A stretch of DNA of 64,000 nucleotides from Octopus vulgaris (GCA_951406725.2 OX597826.1:72664001-72728000), one strand, 5' to 3'; shown: positions 26,727-40,592, counted from the stretch's first letter. Made by a program: numbers and translations. Notes: a model not told the origin generated them from the sequence alone.

Positions 26727-27098
26727 AAAACCAAGAGTACACAGAGAACACAAACCTCTGCCAAAGCGACACTAACGTCCTCTCAATGATTAGCCAGAGA
26801 TGATTTTTAAAATGAGAATATCTGAAATAAACTTGAATGCTCTCACAAACAAGAATACTAAAAATGAACCCAAATGCTCTCAAAAATTAAGTAAAAAAAA
26901 CAGGAAAAATAATCCAGAATCCTTGTCCAGTACCGGATTAATCCCCAAATCTAATCAGTTTGTGCCAGTCATGAGGCCAAGTATCCGTGAAAGTTTCATC
27001 CGAATCCATCCAGCAGTTCTTGAGATATCTTGTCCACAGACAAACAAATAAACACGACTGAAAACAATACCTTTGCCTTAGTGAAGGCGGAGGTATTA
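26727..27098 (-). mobile_element. Helentron-associated non-autonomous element (HINE/DINE-1-like)
   Basis: The 5' end on the minus strand is AATACCTCCGCCTTCACTAAGGCAAAGGTATT (sub-TIR hairpin). It is followed by a GTTT/GTCT tract, CAAGATATCTCAAGAAC..GGATGGATT..ATGAAACTT, a 3' sub-TIR GGCAGAGGT and T-rich flanks. Confidence 0.8.
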
Positions 27099-28376
27099 AT
27101 GATAAAATAACCTTTATTGTTGGTGTAGTGTTAGTAGTGTGAAGATTCACAGTCTTGTGGCTAGGGTGTTATATTCACGATCATAGCATTCTGGTTTTGA
27201 TTCTTGAACAGGGAGGTGCATTCTGTTCTTGAGCAAGACACTTCATCCGATATTGATCCATCCCACTCAGCTATGAGTTCCAGCAATTGCTTGGATGTGA
27301 CAGACTGGTGTTCCATCCAGGGAGGAGTGCTGTAATCTCAATCACTTATACACCATAGAAACTGTGTTAAGCCCTGGCAGAATGAGTCCTGGGGCTCATA
27401 ATAAACCTGTGTATTGGTTGTGGTGGCATTGTTCAGAAGTCTTGATTAAACAAGCCTCTTATATTGGTGTGGTATTAGTGGTCCTATAGCAGTGCAGTGA
27501 AGACATGTGGCTTAGTGGTTAGGATACTCAGCTCATGATTGTAAGGCCACGAGTTCAATACCTGGCAGCATGCTGTGTCCTTGAGCAAGGCACTATATTT
27601 CATATGGCCCTAGTCCACTCAGTTGGCAAAAAAGAAAGGCACTGGTAATTCAAAGGACCAACTTTGTCACATTTTGTGTTACACTAAATCTCCACAAGAA
27701 CTACATTAAGGGTACATATGTCTTTGGAGCTTATCAGTCCCTTGCATGTTGATTTCTCGAGCAAGCTGTTCTGTTGATCAGATCAACTGAAACACTTGTC
27801 ATTGTAACTGATGGAGTACCAATTGAAGTGCATCCTCAATCCAACAAACCTGTAGTGTTGATGGTGGTGTTGTATAGTCCTAATCCAGTAAAATTATTAC
27901 ATTAGTGTTGTCATGTAGCCCTGCTCTCCCGCCCCCCAAGTATATTGTGTTGATATAGTATTAGAAGTAATGTTACTGTAGTGTAGTCTTGAATAAACAG
28001 ACTTGCAATGTCCAGGTAGTGTTTAAGTGGTGGTGTTAGGTGTTACTCTGCAACCCCGGTCAACCGTGACTGAGTAAGCTTGTAGCTTATATCTAGTCAG
28101 TTGTCATTGTTTATATTCAGGTAAGCTTTAACCTAAGATCTTAGTCGTTCCCATTATGACCATCCCATCTCATTGTTTATAGTGCATCTAGGACTACATC
28201 TAATGTAGTCTTCTTTAAGACGATAGGTTGCCATTTAAAGGTTGCTATTTACAGTAGGTTCAACAATCTCATATATGCTCTCTTGTTGGTTCATATTTAG
28301 CCAGCTGGATAGCTAAGATAGAACCCATAGACCTGATTCTCCAGATAAACTATCTAATTGAGGACAGTACAATCAC

Positions 28377-28963
28377 CACCATCATCATCATCGTTTAACG
28401 TCCGTTTTCCATGCTAGCATGGGTTGGACGGTTTGACCGGGGATCTGGGAAGCCAGAAGGCTGCACCAGGCTCCAGTCTGATCTGGCAGTGTTTCTACAG
28501 CTGGATGCCCTTCCTAACGCCAAGGGCATCCAGATTGTAGGGCGACCTGCTGTGCTTGAGGAGACCTACTGAGTCAAGTTCATCAACAACAGAATAAAAA
28601 TCAAATGGAAATCTGGCAGTGTTTCTACAGCTGGATGCCCTTAGCGTTAGGAAGGGCATCCAGCTGTAGAAACACTGCCAGATTTCCATTTGATTTTTAT
28701 TCTGTTGTTGATGAACTTGACTCAGTAGGTCTCCTCAAGCACAGCAGGTCGCCCTACGATCCAAGGTACTTTTGAATGAGCTGGGGCCGGTTATGCGAAT
28801 CTGGTGTAGGATACAGCCGTGAACTCACTTTATTTGCCAGGTCTTTGCAGTCACAGCATATCTCCAGAGGTCTCGCTCTTTCGTCATTGCCTCTGTGAGG
28901 CCCAACGTTCGAAGGTCATGCCTGACCACCTCATCCCATGTCTTCCTGGGTCTACCTCTACCT
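28377..28963 (-). mobile_element. 5'-truncated RTE LINE with an internal fold-back inversion
   Basis: Minus strand 28826-28962 encodes GRGRPRKTWDEVVRHDLRTLGLTEAMTKERDLWRYAVTAKTWQIK* (RTE ORF C-terminus). The 3' UTR ends in (GAT)n at ~28380. Confidence 0.92.
28537..28757. repeat. perfect 106-bp inverted repeat with a 9-nt spacer
   Basis: 28537-28642 is the exact reverse complement of 28652-28757 (checked base by base). The spacer is AGCGTTAGG. Confidence 0.97.
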
Positions 28964-29044
28964 ATATATAATAGGATTTTTCAAAATATTGAATTGTTAT
29001 GAGGGCCTATCCAAGTAAAGTAAATATCAAAGGGAGTCCATATG

Positions 29045-29280
29045 CGGGGGTGTGACTTAGTGGTTAGGGTTTTGGACTCATGATCGTAAGATTGTGGTTT
29101 TGATTCCCGGACCGGGCAACGCGTTGTGTTCTTGAGCAAAACACTTCATTTCACGTTGCTCCAGTCCACTCGGCTGACAAAAATGAGTAATCTTGAGATG
29201 GACTGGTGTTCCATCTAGGTGGGGCATTTATACGCCATAGAAACCGGGAAACTGGCCCTTATGAGTCAGCATGAGAGGCT
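29045..29280 (+). mobile_element. tRNA-derived SINE, family C; related copies ~24467-24720, 27150-27410, 27503-27825, 58380-58610(-)
   Basis: TGACTTAGTGGTTAGG (A-box), GGTTTTGATTCCC (B-box), then 'gttgtgttcttgagcaaaacacttcatttcacgttgctccagtccactc'. Confidence 0.8.
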
Positions 29281-30109
29281 TTTCAGTGGACACATAAGGT
29301 CAGATTTCAGGGCTGTCAGCAATGGAGTAGAGTAAAATAGAACCAGTGGAGTGAGGACAGTTGCTGTTTCTCTACACATGTCATTGATGGTTTGTGTCCC
29401 AGGCTAGAAGGTACATAAATGGTTTCAGATTTAGAACATTCTACTAAATCTGGCCCTGGTGCCGGTGGCACGTAAAAAGCACCCCTACACTCTCGGAGTG
29501 GTTGGCGTTAGGAAGGGCATCAAGCTGTAGAAACTCTGCCAGATCAAGATTGGAGCCTGGTGCAGCCATCTGGTTCGCCAGTCCTCAGTCAGATCATCCA
29601 ACCCATGCTAGCATGGAAAGTGGACGTTAAACAATGATGATGATGATCAACCGTCTTTTCTTTGACATTCTTACTTGAAATTACTGTAGAAGGTATTTTT
29701 GCAAAAAAAAAAAAGAAAAAAAAAAACCTAGTATACTGACCAAATTCATCATCATCATCATTGTTGTTGTTCTGTTGCCTCACCAAAAATGGTTTGGCGG
29801 TGGGAGTGGGGAGGCTCTTCAACATTTTTGAAAATGAAAGTTCCATACAATAAAATCAGTGTTGGTTTTGTAAGGAGTGTCTCCTTTGGTATTTTCATTT
29901 CTACTTGACTTTCTAACATCATCCATATTTGTATGTGTTTGTTCTACTTACATGCATTATGATACATGTGTGCATATGCACACACATACACACGTCTTAC
30001 TTGTACAAACGTTCAAATTTGAAGAAACTATCCCACTTTTATTCCCTAGTAAAAAGAAATGGGCCTAAAATTGAATGATTGAATGTATATATCATGTATA
30101 CCCTCTGGC

Positions 30110-30140
30110 GTGTGTGTGTGTGTGTGTGTGTGTGTATGGA

Positions 30141-30187
<47 letters not shown>

Positions 30188-30256
30188 CCATACACATATA
30201 TATATATGTGTATGGATGTATATATGTATATGGATGTATATATATGTGTATAGATC

Positions 30257-30289
<33 letters not shown>

Positions 30290-30384
30290 ATATATATACA
30301 CACATACATCCATACACATATATATATATCTGTATATATGTATATGGATGTATATATATGTGTATAGATCTATATATATATATA

Positions 30385-30419
<35 letters not shown>

Positions 30420-30420
30420 T
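30110..30420. repeat. compound TG/TA microsatellite with a ~120-bp tandem duplication
   Basis: Two copies of 'catccatacacatatata...ggatgtatatatatgtgtatagatctatata'. Confidence 0.9.
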
Positions 30421-32485
30421 CTAACATCTGTTTTTCCATGCACACGAGGGTTGGACAGTTATTTTTTTAGTAAGTGACAGAGCTGTTGAAATGTGGCCCA
30501 AACCCCTTATGTGTATACTCAGGAGTTCTAAATGGGAGTGTAAGATTGGTCCCAGGGAGTAAGGGTGTGTCTTGTTTCACCCCACTTCCATCATTGTTAT
30601 CACACTGTGTTCAGCGCTTATCATTGAAAAATGATATTTTTTTTTACCAACTTTAATTAATCCAACGATGCCAAACCTGATGAAATATTATTCTACATCA
30701 TTCAACCATTTAGTGTATGTGTGTGTGTGAGAGACAGAGAGAAAGGGAGCATATAAGGAATTATGCTAAATATTATAGCCATTTTTTATACATGTGAACG
30801 TTTTAGAATGGTATTTATTTGGAATTTGAACTAAATGGTATAGTTGTTTCTCATATTTAACATTATAACCATTTATTATATATTTGGTGATGTAATATGA
30901 TTAGGCTGGTTGGCTAAAAATGCATTGCGAGTTGATAGTGATGGCGTTTACATTATTTTGTCTATATAACCCCAAGTCAGACCTGATTGAGCAGACCTAT
31001 GATCAAAGGCATTCCACTGATAATCATTCCTTTTTTAGATATCATGTGCCCCACCCTTGGGCTATATTATCTAATCTGCCTTTGTATGACTGTTGGGTGT
31101 AATTTGAAGGAGATTCAATTGCTATTTCTAGCAGGTTTAGTAACTATATAGAAGCTCCCCTTGATTCTCTTATGATTTAGGCAGGAGGGTGAGGGCAGGA
31201 CCCATAGCCTTTACAAACCCATTGTTCAGATAGATATATTCAGTAGAGTTTGACCAGTGGGTCTCAGTTTTTTCCCCTTATGGACCCCTTTGATTCTTAT
31301 TTTACTCTACTGGACCCTCATAGCCATTCAGTACTTTAAAGAAATCCTATTATATTTTCTATAATTAAATGTTATTAGGAATTGCATGAGAAAAACTTGT
31401 TAAAATATTTTACTTATTGCAGAAGTATAGCCAATTTATTGCACAAAAATTTTTTCAACAAAATTTGATATCGACCCCTAAAGGTCATATGGTTGAGAAC
31501 TACTGAGACCAAGGAGAAGATGATGGCTGATAAGATGCCTAGTCATTTTCTCCCAATTCACTGACCATGTCTCCCTAACATAATGCACTATTACACATCT
31601 TCAATCACCCCATTCAATTGTCTACATCCACCACCCCATGTTCAGTGTCATGCAGTATTGGGCATCTTACACTCTTTTCCTCATTAATTCCCATACTCAC
31701 TACCATCTACCATCACACATTATGCATACACTACATTTAACCCTCTACATTCAGTGACCATGTTTCATTGCTGTACAGTGTCGCATATCATATACACACA
31801 CTATATAATCGTTCACATTCACTGTTCTTGTTTCACTACTATATACACTTATGTAACTTATAGCTCTCTACCTCTGCTTTTTTTTTCCCTACCATACACC
31901 ACCTCATGTGGTTCGCTAATTTTACTGACCAAGTTTCATTTTGGTACACCTTCACACATCTTATACACATAACAGAGTCTTGTATTTACTCTTCATGATT
32001 CACTTCTCACATATACTTTGAGTGTATATGTGTGTGTGAAAGTTGAGGGTTTGAACTATTTATCTTTTATTTGTTTCGGTCACTAGTCTGCAGCCATGCT
32101 GGGGCACCACCTTGAAGAATCTTTAGTACTTAATCATTTTATTTTTAAGCCTGATGTTTATTCTATCGGTCTCTTTTGTTAAACCACTAAGTTATAAGGA
32201 CATAAAAGCACCAACACCAGTTGTCAATTGGTTGACAGAAAGACACATACACACATATACAACGGGCTTCTTTCAGTTTTCGTCTACTAAATTTACTCAC
32301 AAGGCTTTGGTTGACCTGAGGCTATAGTAGAAGCTACTTGCTTGGGAAGCAAAATTTTTACCACATGGCCACGACCACTATATATATGGATATGTATGTA
32401 TAAGTGTGTTATGTTACTGAGGGCAAGTACCGGCATGTAAGTAATTTAGTACATAGATATTTGTGTGAATAAGTGTGTGTGTGTG

Positions 32486-32540
<55 letters not shown>

Positions 32541-32719
32541 CATATATACACACACTCACTATTTACTAGAAATGCAGTGAACCAGTGATTGGTCTCTATA
32601 TAGATACATAAAACATATATATATATATACATATATATACACCTACACACGTGTATTTGTATACAAATATATATATATATATTTGCATACAAATACACAG
32701 ATGTGTGTATGTATATATA

Positions 32720-32772
<53 letters not shown>

Positions 32773-33130
32773 TCCTTACTCATATCACTATCGAACCAAG
32801 AGTTTAATTACGGTCTATCCACAGCACTTACTTAGTGTTACTTACCACTCTTTGAGTTTTAGCTGCCAATACCTCATATATATATTTGTTGCAGTCATTT
32901 AACTGAGACCATGCTGGAGCACCACCTTGAAGGGTTTTAGTCAAAAATCGACCCCAGAACTTGTTTAAAGCCTAGTACTTATTTTGTTGGACTCTTTTGC
33001 CAAACTGCTAAGTTACAGGGATGTAAACACACCAATACTGGTTGTGAAGTGGTGATGGAGGTGGCAGTAAACACAGACATACACACACTTAGATATACAT
33101 ATAGATGTGTGTATATATATATATACATAC

Positions 33131-33187
<57 letters not shown>

Positions 33188-34191
33188 GATGGACTTCTTT
33201 CAGTTTCCATCTACTAAATCCACTCACAAGGCTTTGGTCAGCTTGAGGCTATAGAAGACACATGCCCAAGGTGCCACGCAGTGGGACTGAACCTGGAATC
33301 ATGTGTTGGGCAGCAAGCTTCTTACCACACAGCCATGCCTGTACCTATGTGTGAGTGTGTGTGTGAATGTGTTTCTTCCTTTCTTGGGCCCTCAACACCT
33401 AATGGAGTTATATGGGTACTTTAGTTTTGTTTTTGGGTATTTAAAATATGGTGGAACTCCAGCCTTACTAGGTTTGAACACTCCCAATTTCTTTGAGAGA
33501 GAGAGAAGAATCAACCCCAGTACTAAACTTATCCAAGGATAAAGGCAAAGTTGACCTTAGCAGGACTTGAACCTAAACCACTTAGAGCTGAAACAAATGC
33601 CACAGGACATTCTATTCAGTGTCCTAACAACTTTACCAACTCTAAAAGACAGACTAATAGAAACTGAACCATCACATGCTGGGAGACCATTGATTATGCT
33701 GGGTAATTCAAAATGAACAGCATAATTTTTGAAATATATTCATTACAACACTCACCGGTACTATTCATTTTGAATTGCCATTTTATAGCCCATCTCTCAT
33801 TATATATGTGTATATGCACATATGAATATACCATGTGCTGTTGTAAAATTCTTAAGTGGACCAAGTTCATGAGCTATATTTAATTCTATATAAAAATCAA
33901 TTTTACGGGGACTTGTGTTTTTAGGGAGCACATTATCACCAAGACTGAGTCTTTATGCTAAATAATCTTATATACACTGCTATTGTTGTCATCATTATTT
34001 AACATCCATGATGATAGCTGTATATCTAAACTATGTATAGCATAGTTTGAGGTAATAGATCCTAAGTGCACATTTAGCTCCAAGTTTATTCACCTTTAGG
34101 TGGCTGTTGGTCTCTTTCAGTTGATGCCAAAATCTATGATTTAGCCAATATGGATGGAGTAAAGTATTCTTAGTCTGTATTATATTTTTGA

Positions 34192-34232
<41 letters not shown>

Positions 34233-37200
34233 CAGTCCAACCCATGCTAGCATGGAAAACGGACGCTAAATGATGATGATGATGATATATATATATATAT
34301 ATACATACACTGCAAATTGCTATGTATAATATATTACATTTCTGTCTGAAGAAATGTGTGTGTGTGTGTATATATATCCACAGTGCAGGCATAATTAAGT
34401 TAGGAAGTTTACTTTGCTATCACTAGGTCTTTGGTTCAGTCCCAGTGTGTGACATCTTGACCTTTATATAATCTTGAATATACAGAAACTGTGTGGAAGT
34501 CCATTGAATGGATTGCACATATAATTCAAACGGCTACTTTCGTCTGAGGATTATATTGAAAGTACACATGCCTGTGGAATACTCAGCTGTTTAGTGTCAC
34601 AATACTATGAGTAAGTAGTCTGGTAGTTTGGTTGATTGAACAGCTGGTATAGTCACCATGGAAACTGACGAAAGACACATCTACCTTTATTTTTACACTC
34701 ACCTAAACATACCAAAATCACATATACTTGATTTTCTGGCATATAAACATGTTTTTTGTATTTTTAAATGTATCAAAAAATTTCCCTGTCTAATGTGGCT
34801 GTATTATGGACCAAAGACCACGTGCCATAGACTAGAGAGATGGATAAGCATAATTCTACTAGGCCCAATGATAGTTATTAACGATTAAGTATCAATAACA
34901 AGCCAAATTATCGGTCAGAATCAACTTAGTAAAAATTGCTTACAGTACTCTGTGAGTTATGTAGGAAGGTTACACCTTCTCACATCTCCTTCCTCATGTA
35001 CCATGACTTGTATTATTCAATATGTTTATTACCTTTAAGAAACATTTTTTTTAATTATCTAAATGAAAAATTCTCCTAGGAAGATAAAAGGTAAGTTAAA
35101 TTTCCATCTGCCTGCCAGCTATTTGCATTGAGTGGGAGAAAACAAAAACCATAGCAGTAATGCTCCACCCAGGTATTAGATTGAATTAACACAAAACATC
35201 ACACCTGACATGGCAATTCTCCTGGCTAAAAATATCAACTACACAGGTAATCTTAAAGAAAATAAAGCTGAAATACACTACTCCTAAAATATATATTTAT
35301 AAGTTTATAATTTCATTGTGTACTACCACAAGTACTCATTTGGCATAAACAGAATAATACACTTCCTCCTAGAAAACAAGTGTATGATGATGTATTCTAA
35401 ATTTATTTTTTTCCACAAAATATACTTGTGTATAATAGGAGTGTCCTTTTTGCCAGCAAAATTCAGTATATACATACATGTTTCTGTTTAGTGCCAGGTT
35501 AACCCTATGATCAAAAACCTTCCAGCTGTAGTCATCCTGTTGTTTTCTTTTATTTTTCTTAAGTATAGTGCATCTAAGGATTGTATTATCCCAAAGTATT
35601 CTTTTTATGATGGTGGTAGGATATCATTTGAGGGAGATTTGGCTGCTATCTCTGGCAGGTGGGATGACCAAGCAGGTATATGTTAAGTCAGAATGTTTAT
35701 GCTTAGATCTTGAACAGTGAATGATACTATCAGTAAAGTATTGAATACCTTGTGGTCATTTGGTCATGTTCCTGTGTTTGAATCCCACCCATAGTGACTC
35801 TGACTCATTCTTTTGAGGGTTACAAGTACCAGTTAAGTACTGGGGGTTAATATCATTTATGATACTCTTGAAGGTGATGCTGTGTATTATGCGGCTGAGT
35901 TACACATACATACAGGGTTATAGAACTACTTAGTTGTTGATTGGTATTTGGTTAATCCAGTAGGTTGTGGAAACTCCTTGGACTCATCAATGACAATACT
36001 TCTACTGAAGAATTATTTCATCATAACACACTATGTCCGGTACATCTTCAGCTCTGATGTTGACAGTTGGTGAAGTGTTGCAATGACAGTGTAGACTTAA
36101 TTACCTAATTCATTTTCTCTGTCTCTCCCCCACTTTTGGTACATGTTTCCCATTATTTGTTGAGGGTTCTTCAGGTCACCCTAACATCGACATCCAGTTA
36201 GATTTTTTCCACTTACCTCTTACATAACTGTTCATTCTCCAATAAACACTTTATGTACATAAGCAAAAATACAACTTTCGTGTATTTTTTCCCAGTTTCA
36301 CAAATTAAAAATTTCTGATGTAAATTATGAAGGATATGCTATACCTAGTTAACTGTTGTTGCTTACCCGCCAACAACACATACACTTATCTCTCTCTCTA
36401 TTATACACTCATATATAATCTAATTGCACTAAATCAAATCTATTTTGTGGAAGAGATGTTATTTTACTTTTACTCATCGAACCAGAAGGAACTGAGTCTC
36501 CATTTTGATGATATTTTTAGGGTGAAAATACATCTTTTCATTATCCCAGATAGATATTTCCTTCCATAGACTGTTTCCTTATTAGCCTCTAAAAAACACC
36601 TTCCTCTTCAGAACATTGTATTACAGTCATCCATCAGCTTTTTCTTGGGGCCTAAATGCCCTCTCTCAGTCCGTTGATTGCTGTTTTTACATTTGCAGAG
36701 GTCATCAGCAGGTATCATTCATAGAATGTCTTGGATAATAATTCTACTTCTGTTGGCATCCATTTTCCTCTGCCAGTAGCCTGCGATAGAATATGAGTCT
36801 AGCATTGAGGGTGAGGAAAATACTTCTTTTAGTCACACAGAATCCCTGACTGCTTATGCCAGTGAACTGTATCTATCTCCCTACATTTTCAAGTCATTGG
36901 ACCTGGCTGCTGAGGATTCAGTATAAGGTTAGTGATAGGATAACATAGTGCCGACCATTCAAACATTATGTTAGTGCCAACCTCCACAGAACGCAAATAC
37001 TTCTCTAATTTTTGCAAGAACAACTAAGATTTTCAATTAACATCATTTATAGAGTAACTTTCACTTGGGAGGAAAAATTTAGACAGACATGGTGGCAAGA
37101 AAATATATTTTCTTATAAAAACCTATTTAGGTCAAATGAATAATATTAAGTTTCTCTGGTGTTATATAAATTGTGGCTAAGTGAGATTTCTGAAATATAT

Positions 37201-39195
37201 TTTACCAAAGATCCTGAAAAGTATATTTTTTTAAAGACAGGGTGAAAAATAATAATAAAAAACAATCAGTTAATTTCAATTAAGTTTATTTTATTCTTCA
37301 GTTGATTATTGTCTGGTATATAAGAATGTTGCAAATAATTAACTTCAAGTGTGTCAAACCTTGAAGTCTATGATTTTTATTGGATGAAAATCTTCACTGC
37401 CGCCTTTGCTTCTTACCACACTACCCTGAAAAGACTTGATGCCAAGAGAAATGCTAGAAATGAATCATAAAGACATACAGAAAACTCTAAAACATTGTGC
37501 CGGGTGGAGTAGTAGAAAGAACGAAAACTTCATTGAAATACATCAAACTTTTGAGACGTTCCTTATAATGAAAACTTCTATACTACATATTGAATTTTAT
37601 TGAAAAATGTATTTGCTTAGTGTTAAAGGGAGAATGGAAATGGAAGTAATAATGACGTCTTTTTTTTGTTATAAATCTTTACATTTTTGGCAAAGACAGA
37701 TTCAAAGAATTTCTTTACAACAAAAATCTGCACATAATTTTAACTTCAAATTAATTTCATATGATTTATCTTAAATTTTATATTTTTAAATATTTCATTG
37801 TAGAACTTTTTTTCAAATTTTACATCTTTTGTCTAAGAAACCTACCAACTTTTAATAAAATTCTGAACCCCAAGCATTATTTTAATGAATATAATTAAGT
37901 CATTTTTTTTTTCTTTAATGACTGATCATCAAATTCTGAACTGTTTGATGGTTCCTTCCTCCTCCCCCCTCTTTATTCTGTTGACTTGAAGAATAAATGG
38001 CAGGAGGAAAATTGGCTGAATCTTCTTAAAACAGTAGCCAGACAATCTATGTCTAAATTTAGATGTATGTAACTTAATCCTGCTAGACACAACTTCATGC
38101 AGAAACCCTGCTACCATCTATATCAGCTTGTGCTACCTAGTCTTGGAATTTCTTCCCCCTCCCTCCTACACACCCTTTTCTTCAGAGTTCCTTCAAATAT
38201 TTCATTGTACACTAACTTTTATGCTGACTTTGTGAAGTAGATAAAAAGATAAGAGAAAGTTTGTTCTGTTCAAAGAGGCAATGAAATGGAATTCAAATTC
38301 AAATGGTACTGGACTTCAGTGACTGGCATAGAATTTTATTTGGGTTGGGCTATATGTGACCTCTAGCAAATTCTTTTACTTCTCAAGTGTAACTTATTCT
38401 TTTCAGCATATTTTTAAAGGCATTTTTTTCAATATATCTTTAAATATATTTAACTTATAAAAAAAAACCCAGAAGTTATACCTGAGAAAGTTTTTTTCGA
38501 TATTTTTTAAATCTTAAATCTGTAATTTTCTCAAAGTAACCAATTGTTGGATTAAAAACTTGTAGTTTCAATATTAGCATGTAAAATTTCCTATTTGATT
38601 TTCTTACTTATTTTTTAGAATTATTTCAGTAAAAGCTTTCCAATTCTTCCATACAAGGTAATAATGACAGGGTAAGATTGAAGAGAAATTTGTCTACTGA
38701 AATGCATCATGGGAGTTCCACATCCAGATTATTGGGAAAGATAAGCGTTCAGTAGCTTTAGAAATTAATTTTTACTTCATCTATTTAAACTTTTTTTTCA
38801 AGATTAGGAAGTTTGTGAACTTAACTAAACCAAATTAATATAGGCTTAGGATTTTTTTTTTCAGAATATTGTTATAAAATACTTTTGATAACTGAAATAA
38901 AATATTTTAAAAGTCTTTGAAAAGATTTCTAAATTTTGGCACATATAGACACACACACACACATGCATTCACACTTTCTCTCTTCCTCTCATTCTGGTAA
39001 GATATTTAAAATGTCTCACAAAATTTTGATTTGTACATAGAGAGTAGCCACATCATCTGTTAAAACTCACCTTATCTGAGCATAATCTGCTGCAGGGAAT
39101 TCATGAAGAATATGGATTAGTGATGTATCATAAATTTACCGCTGGAATAGTGGATAACATTGGTGTCGATTGGTTTCAGTGTTGTTGCACTTCCA

Positions 39196-39273
39196 TGCAC
39201 AGAGAACATACTTCTTTACATTCCATACTTGGAGTAAATCTATGAGATAGTAAAGAAGAATGTGACTTGTGCA
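39196..39273 (-). ncRNA. mir-1: microRNA mir-1 precursor hairpin (mature 3p 39204-39225; 5p 39241-39263)
   Basis: The reverse complement of 39204-39225 is UGGAAUGUAAAGAAGUAUGUUC (miR-1 family, seed GGAAUGU). The opposite arm ACAUUCUUCUUUACUAUCUCAUA pairs with it with a 2-nt overhang. There is a basal stem (tgcaca/tgtgca) and a CNNC (CAAC) 17 nt downstream. It is on the same strand as, and upstream of, mir-133, which is the conserved order. Confidence 0.98.
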
Positions 39274-40122
39274 CAGCAAATGAACGTTGTACATCCACTC
39301 AGTCTCCGCAATCTTCATTTCGTTTCAATTGTAAATAGTATTACGTACAAGTAAAGGCTACTTGAGTAAAACTTTCAATTTAACTTTTGGGTGAGACCAG
39401 AAAGGCTTTAGACTCCAGCAACAAGGTTCAGGCTAAAGTGGCAGTGATGAGAATCTTCATTGGTAGCTGCCCCCTAAGTATGGCTCCTTAAAGCTCCACA
39501 CTGTATGAAAGCATGAGATAGTTTCACCAATTTCAGTTAAGATGAGATATTCAACTGGTTGGGTCAGCCAATCAGATTCAATGACAAAGTAGGCAAATCA
39601 GAAGGCTTCTGTCTTTTATAAGCTGCTTCTTATACTCTCTTGGTCTGGGTGCCAGCATTGGTTCAGGGTAGGTCCATTTTGGTGGAAAGGGTGGGCAGCT
39701 GGAAAGTAGAAGATCTTTTAAGTCATTGTTGAGTTCAGGTGCATCAAAATGGTATGGCTGCCTGCTCAATGATAAAATAACTTTGTAATGAGTGTTTCCC
39801 AAGCAAGCGTTGTCCACCCTGTTGGATGGTGAATGAATCGAATCATCAAAATGGTGCTAGACCACAAATGGAAAACTTTGCTAAATATGGCTAACAATAT
39901 TCTAACCCATACAGACTACTGATACATCGACTTTGACTTTCGTGGTGGCTGATGGCGGCGGCTTGATGAGGAAGGTGGAGCTACAGTTGGAGGAAATGAA
40001 AAACTGTAGATTTTTTTTACATCTGTTCTTCCTGCCACCCCTACTAGTTCCCCTTCATTTTTTCATATATATATATACGATCTATGTACATATGTGTATA
40101 ATATATATATATATATATATAA

Positions 40123-40155
<33 letters not shown>

Positions 40156-40439
40156 AAACATATTATATGTCTGTACAGTGATTAATTAGTCTGTATTCAG
40201 TTTGGGTATATTCTCATCCTTTTATCTAATTTCAGTTTCTTATGGAGATTGAAGAAAATTTTGGAATTAGTTTTAATTCAAACTTTCTCTTACTTAATTT
40301 TTTTTTTTTTTTTTTTACAAAATGTTACACTTTAAACCAGAGATTATCACTTTTAAATTTGTTTTCCAAAGTTTCTACCGGATTTAGAACCTTAAATACC
40401 AGGCTGGAAGTTCAAATAAAATAACTATATAACTTCTAT

Positions 40440-40592
40440 TTCAATATACATTTATATCTATCTATATTTTTATATACATACATACATACATACATGTGTG
40501 TGTGTGTGTGTGTGTGTAAATACACATACACATATATACGTACACTCTCTCTCTCACACATATTTATCTACTTATATTTATATATATCATCA

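Noticed and set aside
29045-29120. tRNA-like A/B-box sequence
   Set aside because: It is a SINE head: no proper acceptor stem, and it continues into a repeated SINE body.
37122-37131. Perfect CArG box CCTATTTAGG (also perfect MEF2 words near 25633 and 45512)
   Set aside because: Isolated 10-mers are expected several times by chance in 64 kb of AT-rich DNA, and one lies inside a LINE remnant.
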